Shown piece after piece: positions 60,601-64,000 of a stretch of 64,000 nt of DNA. A model generated the notes under the pieces. It saw only the letters and a program-made list of their open reading frames with translations. It ran no database searches and was not told the origin of the DNA. A program made the translations under genes and the position numbers. Numbering within the stretch: position 1 is the stretch's first letter; the number at the start of each line of letters is the position of its first letter. This DNA is from Raja brachyura (lineage: Eukaryota), in assembly GCA_963514005.1 (NCBI GenBank), contig CAUPSL010001504.1, positions 1 through 64,000 on the forward strand, written 5' to 3'.

Positions 60601-63055
60601 CTACTAGTCAGGCTGTGTGTGTGGGTCTGGGTCTGGGGGTGGGGGTGAGGCTACTACTAGTCAGGCTGTGTGTGTGGGTCTGTGTCTGGGGGTGAGGCTA
60701 CTACTAGTCAGGCTGTGTGTGTGGGTCTGGGGGTGGGGGTGGGGGTGAGGCTACTACTAGCCAGGCTGTGTGTGTGGGTCTGTGTCTGGGGGTGAGGCTA
60801 CTACTAGTCAGGCTGTGTGTGTGGGTCTGGGTCTGGGGGTGGGGGTGAGGCTACTACTAGCCAGGCTGTGTGTGTGGGTCTGTGTCTGGGGGTGAGGCTA
60901 CTACTAGTCAGGCTGTGTGTGTGGGTCTGGGGGTGGGGGTGAGGCTACTACTAGTCAGGCTGTGTGTGTGGGTCTGTGTCTGGGGGTGGGGGTGAGGCTA
61001 CTACTAGTCAGGCTGTGTGTGTGGGGGTGGGGGTGAGGGTCTGGGGGTGGGGGTGAGGGGGTGGGGGTGAGGGTCTGGGGGTGGGGGTGAGGGTCTGGGG
61101 GTGGGGGTGAGGCTACTACTAGTCAGGCTGTGTGTGTGGGTCTGGGGGTGGGGGTGAGGGTCTGGGGGTGGGGGTGAGGCTACTACTAGTCAGGCTGTGT
61201 GTGTGGGTCTGTGTCTGGGGGTGGGGGTGAGGGTCTGGGGGTGAGGCTACTACTAGTCAGGCTGTGTGTGTGGATCTGGGGGTGGGGGTGAGGGTCTGGG
61301 GTGGGGGTGAGGGTCTGGGGGTGTGGGTCTGGGTCTGGGGGTGAGGCTACTACTAGTTAGCCTGTGTGTGTGGGTCTGGGGGTGGGGGTGAGGCTACTAC
61401 TAGTCAGGCTGTGTGTGTGGGGGTGAGGGTCTGGGGGTGGGGGTGAGGGTCTGTGTCTGGGGGTGAGGGTCTGGGGGTGGGGGTGAGGGTCTGGGGGTGG
61501 GGGTGAGGCTACTACTAGTCAGGCTGTGTGTGTGTGGGGGTGAGGCTACTACTAGTCAGGCTGTGTGTGTGGGGGTGAGGGTCTGTGTCTGGGGGTGAGG
61601 GTCTGGGGGTGGGGGTGAGGCTACTACTAGTCAGGCTGTGTGTGTGGGGGTGAGGGTCTGTGTCTGGGGGTGGGGGTCTGGGGGTGGGGGTGGGGGTCTG
61701 GGGGTGGGGGGGTGGGGGTCTGGGGGTGGGGGGGTGGGGGTGAGGGTCTGGGGGTGGGGGTGAGGCTACTACTAGTCAGGCTGTGTGTGTGGGTCTGTGT
61801 CTGGGGGTGGGGGTGAGGGGGTGGGGGTGAGGGTCTGTGTCTGGGGGTGAGGGTCTGGGGGTGGGGGTGAGGCTACTACTAGTCAGGCTGTGTGTGTGGG
61901 TCTGTGTCTGGGGGTGGGGGTGAGGGTCTGGGGGTGGGGGTGAGGGTCTGGGGTGGGGGTCTGGGGGTGGGGGTCTGGGGGTGAGGGTCTGGGGGAGGGG
62001 GTGGGGGTGAGGGTCTGGGGGTGGGGGTCTGGGGGTGGGGGTCTGGGGGTGAGGGTCTGGGGAGGGGGTGGGGGTGAGGGTCTGGGGGTGGGGGTCTGGG
62101 GGTGGGGGTGAGGCTACTACTAGTCAGGCTGTGTGTGTGGGGGTGAGGGTCTGGGGGTGGGGGTGAGGGTCTGGGGGTGGGGGTGGGGGTCTGGGGGTGA
62201 GGGTCTGGGGGTGGGGGTGAGGCTACTACTAGTCAGGCTGTGTGTGTGGGTCTGTGTCTGGGGGTGGGGGTGAGGGTCTGGGGGTGGGGGTGAGGCTACT
62301 ACTAGTCAGGCTGTGTGTGTGGGTCTGTGTCTGGGGGTGGGGGTGAGGGTCTGGGGGTGGGGGTGAGGGTCTGGGGGTGGGGGTGAGGCTACTACTAGTC
62401 AGGCTGTGTGTGTGGGTCTGTGTCTGGGGGTGGGGGTGAGGGGGTGGGGGTGGGGGTGAGGGGGTGGGGGTGAGGGTCTGGGGGTGGGGGTGAGGGTCTG
62501 GGGGTGAGGGTCTGGGGGTGGGGGTGGGGGTCTGGGGGTGGGGGTGAGGCTACTACTAGTCAGGCTGTGTGTGTGGGGGTGGGGGTGAGGGGGTGGGGGT
62601 GGGGGTGAGGGGGTGGGGGTGAGGGTCTGGGGGTGGGGGTGAGGGTCTGGGGGTGAGGGTCTGGGGGTGGGGGTGGGGGTCTGGGGGTGGGGGTGAGGCT
62701 ACTACTAGTCAGGCTGTGTGTGTGGGTCTGTGTCTGGGGGTGGGGGTGAGGGTCTGGGGGTGGGGGTGAGGCTACTACTAGTCAGGCTGTGTGTGTGGGG
62801 GTGGGGGTGAGGGTCTGGGGGTGGGGGTGAGGCTACTACTAGTCAGGCTGTGTGTGTGGGGGTGGGGGTGAGGGGGTGGGGGTGAGGGTCTGGGGGTGGG
62901 GGTGTGGGTCTGTGTCTGGGGGTGGGGGTGGGGGTGGGGGTGGGGGTGGGGGTGAGGGGGTGGGGGTGAGGGTCTGGGGGTGGGGGTGAGGGTCTGGGGG
63001 TGGGGGTGAGGGTCTGTGTCTGGGGGTGGGGGTGAGGCTACTACTAGTCAGGCTG
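57620..63055 (+). repeat. 5.4-kb G-rich variable-unit satellite
   Basis: Core ggggtgaggctactactagtcaggctgtgtgtgtgggtctg(tgtctg)ggggt. Confidence 0.95.
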
Positions 63056-63500
63056 CACCATGAGAGCAGACGGCTCTAGGCCGCACCAAGCCCCGCCCCC
63101 CGCAGCTTCCGGCCCGCCTGAGTGACGCGGCGCCGGCCAATGGGCGGCGGCTCCGGCCGGTCCTCCAGCCAATGTGCGGCGGCGAGGGGCGGGAGCTGGC
63201 GCCTGGCGGATCGGCGGCGGCGCGGCCGGGGCCGTCCCCCCCTCTCCCTGTCTCCCCCCCACCCCGTGCCCGGCTCCCGGCTCCCCGGCTCCCTGGCACA
63301 CCGGGCCCCGGCTCCCCGGCTCAGCGTGAGTGCAGGCCCGGCCCAGCCCCGGGGCCTCCCACACCCTCCTCTCCCCGCCTGCGGCCTAACCCCCGGCACA
63401 CTGACTGCCCGGCCCGGCCCGGCCCGGCCGCCCGCCCGCCCGCCGCTCCAGGCGTCAGGCCCCGCCGGCCGCTGCGGGTTAGCTGGCACCGGCCGGGAGG
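63056..63500 (+). promoter_or_regulatory. CpG-island promoter with a candidate non-coding first exon ending at 63325
   Basis: GC boxes (~63091, ~63187), ETS-type cttccgg (~63106), CCAAT (~63137, ~63169), donor cagc|gtgagt at 63326. Confidence 0.7.
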
Positions 63501-64000
63501 GAGGGGTGGAGGGGGTGAGGGCCTGGGGTGGGGGTGGGATGGGGAGAGGGGGAGGCGGTGGGATGAAGGAGAGAGACTGGGATGGAGAGGGGATGGAAGG
63601 AGAGGGGGAGGCGGTGGGATGAAGGAGAGGGGCTGGGATGGGGGAGGCGGTGGGATGAAGGTGGGTGGGGGAGAGGGGAGAGGGCTGGTGGATAGGGGAT
63701 TTGAGGGTGATGGGTAGGGTGGGTGGGAGGGAGGGGGACGATGTAGTCGGAGAGGATTGGGGTGGGATGGAGATAGTATGAGAGGGGTGAGTGGGAAGGA
63801 TCTACACATGCTGGTTTACACCAAAGATCGACACAATGCTGGAGCAGTTCAGGCAGCATCTCTGGAGAAAAGACATGGGTGACGTTTTGGTTCTGAAGAA
63901 GGGACTTGTCACCCATTCCTCCTCCAGCATTGATGTGGTGTGAGAGGGGGATGGAGGTGGGGGTGAGGAAGGTCATGGAGGGTGAGGGGCAGGCAGATTT

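Noticed and set aside
57620-63055. Ig class-switch (S) region
   Set aside because: G-rich with GGCT motifs, but it lies 28 kb downstream of the TM exon, precedes no C exon, and canonical S regions are not known in cartilaginous fish.

Overview
Vertebrate genomic DNA, most likely a cartilaginous fish such as a skate or ray (inferred from HE1/V-SINEs, HER1-like CR1 LINEs and IgW-type exons). Most of the window is transposon-derived: nested CR1 LINEs, Rex1/Babar, L1-Tx1, Penelope ends carrying hammerhead-like motifs, hAT and Harbinger MITEs, a THAP-bearing TIR element, and several satellites. Host genes are not called by the ORF track. (1) The 5' end of TOX4 lies on the minus strand (exon 1 'ME' at 4169-4174, exon 2 at 3591-3662), with a CpG-island promoter containing an array of YY1-type motifs. 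(2) A headless, pseudogenised immunoglobulin heavy-chain remnant (IgW-like) lies on the plus strand: two related C1-set exons (18041-18337 and ~23056-23310), a candidate Cys-rich secretory tail (24931-25038) and an intact transmembrane exon (29241-29380). (3) Two further CpG-island promoters with candidate first exons (~39.8-40.7 kb and ~63.06-63.5 kb) belong to genes I cannot identify. The most notable observation is an IgH constant/TM remnant about 14 kb from TOX4, which in mammals flanks the TCR alpha/delta locus. All protein assignments rest on recalled family sequences, not database searches.
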